Below are positions 20,592 through 29,907 of a DNA stretch of 64,000 nt, piece by piece. Every line of letters begins with the position of its first letter. Positions within the stretch are counted from its first letter, which is position 1. Below the pieces are notes generated by a model. That model had not been told where the DNA came from. It searched no databases and worked only from the letters and a program-made list of their open reading frames with translations. A program made the translations under genes and the position numbers. This stretch comes from an uncultured Candidatus Binatia bacterium (GTDB lineage: Bacteria > Desulfobacterota > Binatia > Bin18). The stretch is taken from contig OZ241744.1 of NCBI GenBank assembly GCA_965200965.1, forward strand, positions 704,001-768,000, written 5' to 3'.

Positions 20592-21839
20592 TTACAACGC
20601 GGCCAGCGTGGTCTGGCGTTTGGCCCGCAACTTCTCTGGCCACCAGTGGTTCTCCCACTCGTCGTCCCAGGTGTCATGGATGCGGGGCATGACCTCGCGG
20701 GTGAACATGTCGATGTTCTTGAGGGTCAACTCGTGCGGCATGGAGCCGATGTGCAGCAAGACCATCAGGTTGCCAACACGCAGTTTTCTGATGGCATCGG
20801 TGAGCAGGTCGCTGACGGTTGACGGGCCGCCGGCGATCACAAAGCCCTCGTCCACAAAGTCCCTGAACTTCCAGTGGGGGATGTCGTCGAGCTTATCAAA
20901 ATAGCTCTTGAAAATGCCCTTGCGGACATTGTTTTCCAGGCTGCGGTAATCCTGGTGGCCGGGCGGGAAAAAGAATTCGGGCGGGATATGCAGGGATTTG
21001 GTATAGAAGTATTGCATGTGCTTTTCGTACAGCGCTTCGGCTTTGGCGTCGGACTCGGCCACGGCTACTAGTTGCAGAAAGCCGGCCCGGAATGGGTTGG
21101 GTTCTATCCCGCGCTCGTCAATGAACTGCCAAAACCCGTCCATCACGCCTTTTCCAGCCTTGGGGCCGTAATAGCTCAGAAAGCAGTAGCAGTGGTTGTG
21201 CCGGGCGGCAAACTCCCAGGTGCTGAGGCTGCCCAGTCCCGGCACCCAGACCGGCGGGTGGGGTTGCTGGATGGGCCGGGGCCAGACGTTGACCATCGGC
21301 AACTGATAGTATTTGCCGTTCCAGGCAAAGATGTCCTGGGCCGTCCAGGCTTTGAGGATCAGGTCGTGGGCTTCGTAATAGCGCTCGCGCTGCTCAATCG
21401 GGGTGATGCCGGCGCACAGTGTGGCGTCCATGGCCGTCCCCAGCGGCATTCCAGCGACGAGGCGGCCGCCGCTGATGGTATCCAACATACCGTATTCCTC
21501 GGCCACCCGGGTCGGCGGGTTGGTCGTCGGCAGGGTAGAGCCCATCTGCACCACCGCCACGTCCATGCCGTTCGTGGCCCGGGCCATGATCGAGCCCATC
21601 AGGTTGGGGTTTGGCATAAAGCCGTAGGCATTCTGGTGATGCTCGTTCACGCACACGCCATCCATGCCGGCTTTGGCCGCATGGGTCAACTCATCCAGCG
21701 TCCAGTTGTAGTACTGGCCGACCTTTTCGGCGTCTCCCAGCTCGGTCCAGGGCGGGTCAACCCAGACCGAGTGATAGCGTTGTTCAAAATCGTCCGGCAG
21801 GTCCCGGTAGGGCATCAGGTGAAACATGGATACCTTCAT
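20592..21839 (-). CDS. LLM-class flavin-dependent monooxygenase
   Basis: NEHHQ, RVAEEYGMLD, WPRPIQQPHPP. Confidence 0.9.
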   Translation of the reverse strand: MKVSMFHLMPYRDLPDDFEQRYHSVWVDPPWTELGDAEKVGQYYNWTLDELTHAAKAGMDGVCVNEHHQNAYGFMPNPNLMGSIMARATNGMDVAVVQMGSTLPTTNPPTRVAEEYGMLDTISGGRLVAGMPLGTAMDATLCAGITPIEQRERYYEAHDLILKAWTAQDIFAWNGKYYQLPMVNVWPRPIQQPHPPVWVPGLGSLSTWEFAARHNHCYCFLSYYGPKAGKGVMDGFWQFIDERGIEPNPFRAGFLQLVAVAESDAKAEALYEKHMQYFYTKSLHIPPEFFFPPGHQDYRSLENNVRKGIFKSYFDKLDDIPHWKFRDFVDEGFVIAGGPSTVSDLLTDAIRKLRVGNLMVLLHIGSMPHELTLKNIDMFTREVMPRIHDTWDDEWENHWWPEKLRAKRQTTLAAL

Positions 21840-21863
21840 GGCGAGCCTCCTTGGGTGCGCGGT

Positions 21864-21909
21864 GTCGGCCAGACCATAGCAATTGTGCCATGTCTTGGCT
21901 AGGCGACCT
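21864..21909. repeat. Direct repeat copy A (46 bp, with 18-bp perfect core GTCTTGGCTAGGCGACCT)
   Basis: Aligns without gaps to 23380-23425 at 36/46 identities by hand count; core 21892-21909 identical. Confidence 0.9.
21873..21901 (-). promoter_or_regulatory. Putative sigma70 promoter of the LLM-hydrolase-frc operon
   Basis: Minus strand TAGCCA-N17-TATGGT with extended -10 TG. Confidence 0.5.
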
Positions 21910-21932
21910 TGGGGCTGTTTCGTACTACGGCC

Positions 21933-21962
21933 GTAGGGCGGGTCAGCGGAGTGTAACCCGAC
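21933..21962. repeat. GTAG-type REP-like palindrome
   Basis: GTAGGGCGGGTCAGCGGAGTGTAACCCGAC: GTAG tetranucleotide plus CGGGT/ACCCG stem; single copy seen. Confidence 0.55.
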
Positions 21963-21983
21963 GGTTTTGTATCGATATTCCGG

Positions 21984-23354
21984 CTACGACTTTGTTTCAA
22001 GGACCCCGCGCGTGAGCTCCTCTACCACATTCTTGCTCAGCACAAAGCCGTCAAAAATTTCAAAGAGAGGCTGTACGACTTGATTCACGATCTCTCCCAG
22101 TGCAGATAGGGGTGTTTGAAGAGAAACACTAACAAGGACGATAACCTGATCTTGGTAGGCCGGCCTTTGAGGCAGAAGGGATCGCCTTGGATCTACCCAG
22201 GAAACAAGGGACCGTTCTTTCAGTGTGGTCCACCGAAAGCCAAAGGCAAGCTGGGTTTTTTCTGGGTCGCAGCCCATTGCTTTCGCAAAGGCTATGCCAA
22301 CGGCGATAGCTTCTGCTGTCCTCTGCACGGGCAATTTGAAGTCAAGGCAGGTCATCTTACAAGAAAGTAGCATGTCATCCTCTAACGCCCGTCGAAGATA
22401 GAAACGGCCCTTTGGGCTTAATCTCATAAAATCAAGCTGAGGCCATGAGTCAATGAGAGCTTCCCAAGCATCTTCAAAGACATAGGGCCTTGCGCTTTCA
22501 TCACGAAAATTTCTGCTATTGAGCCATACAGGCCAGCCGGCATGGCGGGGATTACTGGAGCTCAGCAGATTCAGGAATTCCTGACTCACCGAATGGGGAG
22601 GGACATCTCCATCAATCAATAATCCGACTTCCCATGCGCCGTGAGGCGGAAGTTTATCTGGCCGTTCTTCGGCAACCTTGAAATACCTCTTTTCACTCTC
22701 TTGAAGATACTCTCGCAGACGGTCCTCGGTTGTAGCCTCCGGCTGTGAATTGCCGGTCAGCGTTTCAAGAAACTCCCGGATGACCTGCGGATTCGTGCCC
22801 GTCAGGTGGCGTCTCAGGAAACGACCAATGTCAGCCTCACGATTGTCGAAACAAACGTCAAGGATTTTCGGCCAATCTCTCCAGATCGCCTTTGTGGTGC
22901 TCGGCGTATTGTTGGCGTTGAGAGAGCGTGTGTAGACATCATTTGTGCCTATCAGCGTCTTGTCGCCAGAACGAAGATCAGACTTTGCCGCCACCGGAGT
23001 TTTGACCCCTGAGGGCACGCTTATCACGGGATACAGCTGACCTTCGCGTTCTGGAAATTTCACAGTGATCTCGAATAGTTCGGACGCATAATTTGAGATC
23101 AAAGCCTGAATTTCGTCTATATGAAAAGCTGCCTCGACGTCCCGGGGAACGTTGTTCACGTCCGGTTCGAGGGTGTCGTTATCGAACCCAATCACGAGAT
23201 ATCCCCCGCCATGATTTCTCAAGGCGAGAGCGGTCTTCACGATCTTTGCCTTACCCTCTGGAGATTTGGGGTCAATCCATCGCTTGAGTTCGACCGAGAG
23301 GCTTTCGCCAGGTATGTCTACTAATGCCTGAATCTGCGAGAAATCTATGGCCAT
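21984..23354 (-). CDS. Schlafen/AlbA_2-domain protein with unknown C-terminal domain
   Basis: GESLSVELK, KIVKTALALRNHGGGYLVIG.D, VYTR AlbA_2 pattern; AT-richer than flanks. Confidence 0.8.
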   Translation of the reverse strand: MAIDFSQIQALVDIPGESLSVELKRWIDPKSPEGKAKIVKTALALRNHGGGYLVIGFDNDTLEPDVNNVPRDVEAAFHIDEIQALISNYASELFEITVKFPEREGQLYPVISVPSGVKTPVAAKSDLRSGDKTLIGTNDVYTRSLNANNTPSTTKAIWRDWPKILDVCFDNREADIGRFLRRHLTGTNPQVIREFLETLTGNSQPEATTEDRLREYLQESEKRYFKVAEERPDKLPPHGAWEVGLLIDGDVPPHSVSQEFLNLLSSSNPRHAGWPVWLNSRNFRDESARPYVFEDAWEALIDSWPQLDFMRLSPKGRFYLRRALEDDMLLSCKMTCLDFKLPVQRTAEAIAVGIAFAKAMGCDPEKTQLAFGFRWTTLKERSLVSWVDPRRSLLPQRPAYQDQVIVLVSVSLQTPLSALGEIVNQVVQPLFEIFDGFVLSKNVVEELTRGVLETKS

Positions 23355-23379
23355 CGCGGGTCTCTCCCTTCTACACAGG

Positions 23380-23425
23380 GTCGGCTAGACTATATCAGCG
23401 GCACCGCGTCTTGGCTAGGCGACCT
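23380..23425. repeat. Direct repeat copy B, containing putative promoter TAGCCA-N17-TATAGT (minus strand)
   Basis: Matches 21864-21909; same -35/-10 spacing; upstream of the Schlafen gene. Confidence 0.9.
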
Positions 23426-23480
23426 ATATGGGCTGATTTTGCGGCTGTGGTGTAGAGACAGGGAATGAGCGTGGTCAAAG

Positions 23481-24389
23481 ATGAGAGAGACTCTCAACAC
23501 TGACTGCTTCCAATGGCTGGCGGAGCGGCGGCCCCACACCATCCACGGCGTTTGCACCGATCCGCCTTACGGCTTGGTTGAGTTTTCGTCCGATGAAATT
23601 GGTAAGCTGCGGAAGGGGCGTGGAGGGGTGTGGAGAATACCTCCTGAATTTGATGGCAAGAAGAGGAAGCCGCTCCCGCGCTTTTCGGTCCTGAGGCTGG
23701 AACAACGGCGAGCGCTGGAAAAATACTTCGCCCATTGGGGGGGACTCCTCCTTCCGGCCCTCGTCCCCGGCGCGCATGTGCTGGTAGCCTCGAATCCAGT
23801 CCTTTCTTCGCATGTCTTCCACGGCCTGCTTGAAGCGAACCTGGAGCCTCGGGGGACCATCATGCGCGTCTATCACGGATTCAGAGGCGGTGACCGGCCC
23901 AAAAATGCCGAGCGCGAGTTTCCTGATCTGTGCGTCAGCCCACGGGGGAATTACGAACCCTGGCTCCTGTTCCGTAAACCCCTGTCAGAAAAGACGGTCG
24001 CCCAGAATATCCGCAGATGGGGCGTTGGCGCACTCAGGATGCTTGACGGCTCTCACCCCATCCCGGATGTCATTCCCAGCACAAAAACTCCCCAACTCGA
24101 AAGGCAGATTGCAGACCATCCGTCTCTCAAGCCGCAGCGGCTGCTGAGACTGCTCTGCCGCACGCTGATGCCAAGACCGGGAGTCCTGCTTGATCCCTTT
24201 ATGGGTTCAGGCTCAACCGTTGCCGCCTGCCAGGCGCTCCAGATCGAAAGCCTAGGACTTGAAGTTGACCCGCATTACTTCTGTGTGGCAGAGACCGCTA
24301 TCCCCCAATTGGCCGCGCTGTATCCACATGACAGAGGGGAGCGCCTCACTGCTACGCCCTCACCCTTGCTTGAAGAACGCGGGGGCTAG
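23481..24389 (+). CDS. Site-specific DNA amino-methyltransferase (N6A/N4C, beta class), orphan
   Basis: Motif IV TDPPY near N-terminus; HPSLKP; motif I LDPFMGSGST near C-terminus. Confidence 0.92.
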   Translation: MRETLNTDCFQWLAERRPHTIHGVCTDPPYGLVEFSSDEIGKLRKGRGGVWRIPPEFDGKKRKPLPRFSVLRLEQRRALEKYFAHWGGLLLPALVPGAHVLVASNPVLSSHVFHGLLEANLEPRGTIMRVYHGFRGGDRPKNAEREFPDLCVSPRGNYEPWLLFRKPLSEKTVAQNIRRWGVGALRMLDGSHPIPDVIPSTKTPQLERQIADHPSLKPQRLLRLLCRTLMPRPGVLLDPFMGSGSTVAACQALQIESLGLEVDPHYFCVAETAIPQLAALYPHDRGERLTATPSPLLEERGG

Positions 24390-24398
24390 CCCCAGGTT

Positions 24399-25043
24399 TT
24401 ACTTGGGCAGAAAGGCGGCCAGGGCGTCCTGCATGGCCGTGTTGACGGCCTTGACCGCGGGACGCTCGCCGAGCATTTCCAGGTACGCGTCCAGGCCAGG
24501 CAGGGCGTCGCCGATGTCCCAGTCATACACTCTGGCGGTGTGCAGGTTGGTGAACTGCAACTGGAAGAACGCGGTCACATCGGCGAAGGTGAAGGTGTCG
24601 CCGGCGATATACGGCTCAAAGCGTGCCAACCGCTTGAGCGCAGCGAGCCCCTGTTCCAGAGCCGGGCGAACCTGATCGTAAGCGTACTGGTCCACGGGCT
24701 TGCCGAAATAGACCGTCGGCAGATGACGCCGCGCCGGAGTATCAAGATAGAGTTCCACCGCACGGATGATTTCCTTGACCTTGGCCCTGGCCCAGGGGTC
24801 GCCGGGATACAGGGCCGGCTGGGGCTGGATATCTTCGAGATAATCGAAGATGACATTCGTCTCGCTCAGGGCCGCGCCCTCAACCTTGATGTACGGCACC
24901 TTGCCCATCGGGCTTGCCGCCAACACCTCAGGCTCCTGGCCGGGCATGACCGAGATTTCCTCAAACGGAACGTTTTTCTCCACAAAAGCCAGCTTGGCGG
25001 TGTTGAAATAATTGCTGATCGTTGTGCCGTAGAGTGTAATCAT
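24399..25043 (-). CDS. Glutathione S-transferase
   Basis: SNY, SPMGKVP, LSETNVI.DYL, FTFAD. Confidence 0.92.
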   Translation of the reverse strand: MITLYGTTISNYFNTAKLAFVEKNVPFEEISVMPGQEPEVLAASPMGKVPYIKVEGAALSETNVIFDYLEDIQPQPALYPGDPWARAKVKEIIRAVELYLDTPARRHLPTVYFGKPVDQYAYDQVRPALEQGLAALKRLARFEPYIAGDTFTFADVTAFFQLQFTNLHTARVYDWDIGDALPGLDAYLEMLGERPAVKAVNTAMQDALAAFLPK

Positions 25044-25131
25044 GGGTTCCTCCTCTGGGGGATAATCTGTCGCTTAGCAAGCGTATGCTGCGGCGCGCAC
25101 GGTCTCAAGCTGGCTGGGGGATTTCAGCGCT

Positions 25132-26700
25132 TTACACGCCCTCAAACAGTGCCCGGAGGTGGGTTTCGGGCAGCGGCCTCGTGGCTTTGGAGACGACAAC
25201 GGTCAATGCAACCGAAACGAGTTCGCCGATCGCGGCGCACGAGAACGGGCTAGGTCCTTCGACATACAGCCAGGCGACGACGGCGCGCAGCGGGCCGGGC
25301 GAGAACCAAGCCGGATCGAGCAGTTGGGTGTGCAGAATGAAAAAGGTGACAAAGCCGCTGACCAAGCCGGCGTAGGCTCCGACTCGGGTGACGCCGCGCC
25401 AGAGCGCGCCGACCACCAGCGGACCGGCAAAGGCCGCCATCAGCCCACCGTTGCCGATCCAGACAATCAGCGCGATGTTGGTCTCGATCAAGGCCCAGGC
25501 CAGGGCCGTACACAGCAGCAGGACGACCACGGTTGACACCCGGCTGATGCGCAGAACTGCGCGGTCGAGCTGGGCGGCGCTGGGCATGCGTTTCAGACGC
25601 GGTACCACGGTGCGGCGGTAGAGATCGTTGGCGATAATCTGGGAGGAGGAGATGACCAGCCCGTCTGCGGTGGACATAATGGCGGCCAGGACGCCGACGC
25701 CGACAAGGGCGGCCAGCCAGACCGGGAACAACTCAATGAACAGCAGCGGGAGGGCCTGATTCGGGTTTGCTCCCTCGGCGTACAGCGCATCGCCGAGCAG
25801 CGCGCGGGCCAACAGGCCGGCCAGACCGAGCATGCCCAGCATCAGCCCAAACGAAAACGCCAGACCGACAAAGGATTTCTGTTGCCGCGTGTTCTTCAAG
25901 GCCCAGAGTTTATTGCCCAGGTGGGGCAGCAAACCGAGCGGGATGTGGGAAATCAGGATCGCAAAAACCGACCACCAGGAGTGATAGAGAGGGGTGTCGG
26001 CGCTGAACAGGCCGACTAAACCGGCGTCCTGCGCGCCCAGATTATCGACCAGACCCGGCAAGCCTCCGCGGCCCGCGTCCAGGCCGAAGCCGGTCAGGAG
26101 CAGGGCGATCACCACCGTAGCGACCAGCAGCATCATGCAGCCCTGGACCCCGTCGGTCAGGATGTCGGCGTGCGCCCCGCCGAGCGCGACATAGATCAAC
26201 AAGACCGTCGTGGTGATGCCCAAGGCCCAGACCGGAGACAGGCCCAGCAGAATCTCGAACATGACCAAGCCGGACACGAGTTGCCCGGCCAGATAAAAAC
26301 ACAACAGCAGCGAAAACACCGAGACCAGCACCCGAATGCCCTCGGACTGGTAGCGGTCGCCGAGGTACTCGGGGATAGAACGATTGCCGAACCGATGCCC
26401 GGAGACCGTGACCAGGCGGATGGCGACCAACACGCCCAGATAGACGCCGGTCGGATACAGGAAGGCTCCCCAGGCAGTTGGCAAGCCCCACTCGTAGCTC
26501 AGCCCCGGGCTGCCCATAAACGTCGCGCCACTGGCGGTCGTGGCCGCAAACGCCAGCGCCAGAAACACCGGCCCGTAGGAATTGCGCGCGGTGGCAAAGT
26601 CGTCGGCGTGTTTCACCCGCCGCTGGGCAACAATGCCGATGGTTAACATGCCGCCGATGTAGACCACGAGGAAGAGCCATGACCAGGCGATGAGTGTCAT
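25132..26700 (-). CDS. Sodium:solute symporter
   Basis: Multiple TM helices; SGATFMG, YLGDRY, TDGVQG, AAIMSTADG. Confidence 0.92.
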   Translation of the reverse strand: MTLIAWSWLFLVVYIGGMLTIGIVAQRRVKHADDFATARNSYGPVFLALAFAATTASGATFMGSPGLSYEWGLPTAWGAFLYPTGVYLGVLVAIRLVTVSGHRFGNRSIPEYLGDRYQSEGIRVLVSVFSLLLCFYLAGQLVSGLVMFEILLGLSPVWALGITTTVLLIYVALGGAHADILTDGVQGCMMLLVATVVIALLLTGFGLDAGRGGLPGLVDNLGAQDAGLVGLFSADTPLYHSWWSVFAILISHIPLGLLPHLGNKLWALKNTRQQKSFVGLAFSFGLMLGMLGLAGLLARALLGDALYAEGANPNQALPLLFIELFPVWLAALVGVGVLAAIMSTADGLVISSSQIIANDLYRRTVVPRLKRMPSAAQLDRAVLRISRVSTVVVLLLCTALAWALIETNIALIVWIGNGGLMAAFAGPLVVGALWRGVTRVGAYAGLVSGFVTFFILHTQLLDPAWFSPGPLRAVVAWLYVEGPSPFSCAAIGELVSVALTVVVSKATRPLPETHLRALFEGV

Positions 26701-26789
26701 GTGTGTGGGGACCGGACTGTGGCCCGGCCGGCATTCCTTTCTGCGGCATGGGAGTGGCGAGTCCTTGTCCCGCCAGACAGCCCAGCCTA

Positions 26790-27008
26790 TCACAGACGGC
26801 GCAAAAGGGGTAGCTCATCCCTCGACAGGATTTCCAGCCCTGTGGAAAGGCGCTGGAGCGAAGCCAGCGTTGGATTCGCCTCTCCCCGCTCAATGCCGGC
26901 CAGATAATTGGCGCTGATGTCGATCTTTTCTGCCAGCTCTTCCTGGGTATAGCCCTTCACTTTCCGCAGGGTCTTGATCCGTTTTCCCGACAGTTTTCGG
27001 TTGTCCAT
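26790..27008 (-). CDS. XRE-family HTH regulator
   Basis: RIKTLRK..GYTQEELAEK.DIS.NYL..IERG..NPTL. Confidence 0.85.
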   Translation of the reverse strand: MDNRKLSGKRIKTLRKVKGYTQEELAEKIDISANYLAGIERGEANPTLASLQRLSTGLEILSRDELPLLRRL

Positions 27009-27118
27009 AGCCACCTCGCAGTTCAAAGGCAGTATGGATGCGCCACCCTACCAGATGATTTGATACACAATGATTTTTTGAGTAAAGTTGTATTTGATAG
27101 TTGGAAAGGAGAAATCGT

Positions 27119-28140
27119 ATGTTTCCTCAGTCTGCTATGCTGTGTATGGTCCTTGTGTTGTGTCTGATGGCCGGTCCGGCAGCGGGTCATGTCTCACAAT
27201 ACTCGGGCACTGCGGTCTACACCTCGGAAACCAATCTTGATGGGACAGGCTCCTATCGTGGTGTCAGCGAAAGCGTGGACAACATATTAGGCCCGGTAAC
27301 TTGTGTAACCACCGGCTCGTTTCGGCCGGCCGCGGCCGGAGAGGGGAGTTGTAGCGCAGCGGAGTCCGGAGCTTCATATTTTAATATCCGGTCAGAATGC
27401 GAAGCGGACAGTCTTGACTCTCCTGTCACTATTATGTACCCAATGACAGTCGCCTGTGTTCCAAATTCTTGCTATGAGCTTGATACGACTCATAATATCT
27501 TTCTTGCCAGAATCGGTTGCATGTACACCGCCCCTTTGACTGGAACAGTAATGGGAGAAGACCTGGAAGGGAGCCTGTCAGGCTCGCAGCAAGGTCGCTT
27601 TGCCGCGGTGAGTTATGATGTGGCAAGGCGGGTTATCGTAGCTCGAACAGAGCTCACGTTTGCTGGGACAGCGGATATTGACTTCACCCTGAGAGAAGCC
27701 GCTCCTGCTTCGGACGCTAATATCGAGGTGCCGGCCGAGGGTGCGACGATGAACGGCATTGGTCTTATCTCCGGGTGGTCCTGTCTGGGCGGAGATTTGG
27801 AAGCCGAGTTCAGCGACGCGGACGGGGTTTTAAGTACCGTGGCCCTTCCTCATGGCGTGCCACGAGGGGATACCGAGTCGGTATGCGGCGATACGAACAA
27901 TGGGTTCAGCACTACCATGAACTGGTCACTCCTTGGCCCAGGCCCCAAAACCATGCGGCTCATACAAAACGGAGAGGTGCAGGGGGAGCCACGGAATTTC
28001 ACAGTTGTGGCGTTTGATGAAGAGTTTATCCGCAGCGCGAGCGGCATGTGTACTGTTAGGGATTTCCCGACCTCTGGGGACAGCGTCACCCTGTGTGGAG
28101 TGAACCTCAACAGAGCTTTGTGGTGACGGATATCAACTGA
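27119..28140 (+). CDS. Secreted Cys-rich protein with Ig-like C-terminal module; apparent frameshift near 28094
   Basis: Signal peptide; module EVP...GIGLISGWSC...RGDT..CGDT.NGF...NW.LLG; plausible C-terminus WSEPQQSFVVTDIN lies in another frame ending at 28140. Confidence 0.65.
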
Positions 28141-28247
28141 GGGGGCAGTGAAACGACCTGCGCCGAGGTCGGGAGCAGGTCGTAATCCGACCGGCCATTT
28201 GTGTGTCCCGCCCCGCCGCCGTATCGCGCAAACATTATAGCTTCCTG

Positions 28248-28277
28248 TTGACACCTGCCGTGCCGCTAGCCTACCTT
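28248..28277 (+). promoter_or_regulatory. Putative sigma70 promoter of the thiolase/CoA-transferase operon
   Basis: TTGACA-N18-TACCTT followed by RBS AAGGAGG. Confidence 0.45.
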
Positions 28278-28299
28278 GTCAGCCGAAGGAGGGCTGCCG

Positions 28300-29475
28300 A
28301 TGCCGGGCTGGGACTTGAAAGACAGAGCCGCGGTATGCGGGGTAGGGCACTCGCCCTACGGCCGACGCCTGAACCGCAGCCAGATTGACCTAGCCGGCGA
28401 GGCGATTCGCAATGCGCTGGACGACGCCGGGCTGGGGCGTGACGACCTTGACGGCCTGATTGTCAGCTTTGGTACGCCGATTGGGGCCGACGCCGATACC
28501 CTGGCCTACGCCTTGGGCCTCAAGCTGCGGGCCTATAACCAGACCTGGGCGCACGGCCGTTTTACCGCCAGCTGCATTCAGTGGGCGGCGATGATGGTCA
28601 ACGCCGGTCTGGCACACACGGTGGCGTGTCTGGCGGCGATCAGTTTCTCCGGGTTTCGCCGGCCAACAATGGGCGGGGCAGGGGACGCCGAGGGCGCGCG
28701 TGAGGCCGGCGGCGGACACGGCGAAGACCCGGTCTATGGCATGACCTCACCAGGGGCCGGGGCTGCGCTGGTGGCCCGCAAGTATTTTGATCGGTTTGGG
28801 GCGACGAGCCGTGACTTGGCCGCGGTGGCTGTGGCCTTTCGCAAACACGCCTCGCTCAATCCCGCGGCCATGATGCGCGAGCCGCTCACGGCTGACGACC
28901 ATCAAAACTCCCGCTTCGTATGCGAACCCCTGCATCTGTTCGACTACTGTCTCATTAACGACGGCGCGGCCTGTGTGCTTGTCTCCAGCGCTGAGCGCGC
29001 CCGGGATATGAACAAGCCGCCGGTGTATATCAGCGGGATGCAGGGCTTGCCGGCCGGCCGGGACGAGTTCATCTGGACCTATCCCGGTTTTGGGACCTCC
29101 CAGCAGGAGGCGTTCGACTACCAGCCGGGCGTCCAGCCGGTGTACGAGATGGCCGGTATCTCGCCCCGGGACATAGACCTGCTGTTTACCTATGACGCCT
29201 TTACCATCCTGGCCTGGACCGCGCTGGAACGGTTCGGGTTCTGCGGCCAGGGAGAAGCCGCGGCGTTCAGCCAGGGCGGGCGGATCGAGTTGGGCGGCGA
29301 ACTGCCAATGAATACCAACGGCGGGCTGCTGTCTGAGGGGCATATCATGGGCTGGAATCATCAGGTTGAGTTGGTGCGCCAGTTGCGCGGCGAGTGTGGC
29401 CCCCGGCAAGTCGCCGACGCCGCCCTGGCCCAGTGGGCCAACGCCTACGGTGATGCGCTGATCTATCGGAGGTAA
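28300..29475 (+). CDS. Thiolase-superfamily (SCP-x/Ltp2-like) protein
   Basis: DYCLINDGA, YDAFT, NTNGGLLSEGH, VRQLRG. Confidence 0.9.
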   Translation: MPGWDLKDRAAVCGVGHSPYGRRLNRSQIDLAGEAIRNALDDAGLGRDDLDGLIVSFGTPIGADADTLAYALGLKLRAYNQTWAHGRFTASCIQWAAMMVNAGLAHTVACLAAISFSGFRRPTMGGAGDAEGAREAGGGHGEDPVYGMTSPGAGAALVARKYFDRFGATSRDLAAVAVAFRKHASLNPAAMMREPLTADDHQNSRFVCEPLHLFDYCLINDGAACVLVSSAERARDMNKPPVYISGMQGLPAGRDEFIWTYPGFGTSQQEAFDYQPGVQPVYEMAGISPRDIDLLFTYDAFTILAWTALERFGFCGQGEAAAFSQGGRIELGGELPMNTNGGLLSEGHIMGWNHQVELVRQLRGECGPRQVADAALAQWANAYGDALIYRR

Positions 29476-29477
29476 GC

Positions 29478-29894
29478 ATGGCCGACTACACCAGACCGAG
29501 GCCGGCGGTCTCTTCGCTCAACCGGCCCTACTGGGAGGGCCTCAGGCAGCACCGGTTTGTCATGCCGCAATGTAGGGACTGTGGCAAAACCTGGTATCCG
29601 CCGACCCCGTTCTGTCCGGCCTGTTGGTCGCGGAGTTTTGCCTGGCAGGAGCTGAGCGGCCGTGGCCGGGTCAATTCCTGGGTCGTGTTTCATCGAGCCT
29701 ATTTTTCGTCGTTCGAGGACGCCGTTCCGTATAACGTCGCCGAGGTCGAGCTTGAGGATGGCCCACGGCTGCTGACCAATCTGGTCGAGGTGGACAACAC
29801 CGCTATTCGGATCGGCATGAGGGTCGAGATTCACTTTGACGATGTGAGCGACGACATCACGCTGGCCAAGTTCAGGCCGCTCAAGGGCGGCTGA
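29478..29894 (+). CDS. DUF35 Zn-ribbon/OB-fold acyl-CoA-associated protein
   Basis: PYWEG, CRDCG..PP..CPAC, VELEDGPRL. Confidence 0.92.
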   Translation: MADYTRPRPAVSSLNRPYWEGLRQHRFVMPQCRDCGKTWYPPTPFCPACWSRSFAWQELSGRGRVNSWVVFHRAYFSSFEDAVPYNVAEVELEDGPRLLTNLVEVDNTAIRIGMRVEIHFDDVSDDITLAKFRPLKGG

Positions 29895-29907
29895 TGGGGA
29901 GGTAAAG

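Noticed and set aside
21877-21892. Sigma54 promoter (TGGCAC...TTGC on the minus strand)
   Set aside because: Spacing is 2 nt rather than the required 5, and the motif is not kept in repeat copy B
21951-21970. Integron attC site after the Schlafen gene
   Set aside because: The TAAC...GTT span is far too short and there is no integrase or cassette array
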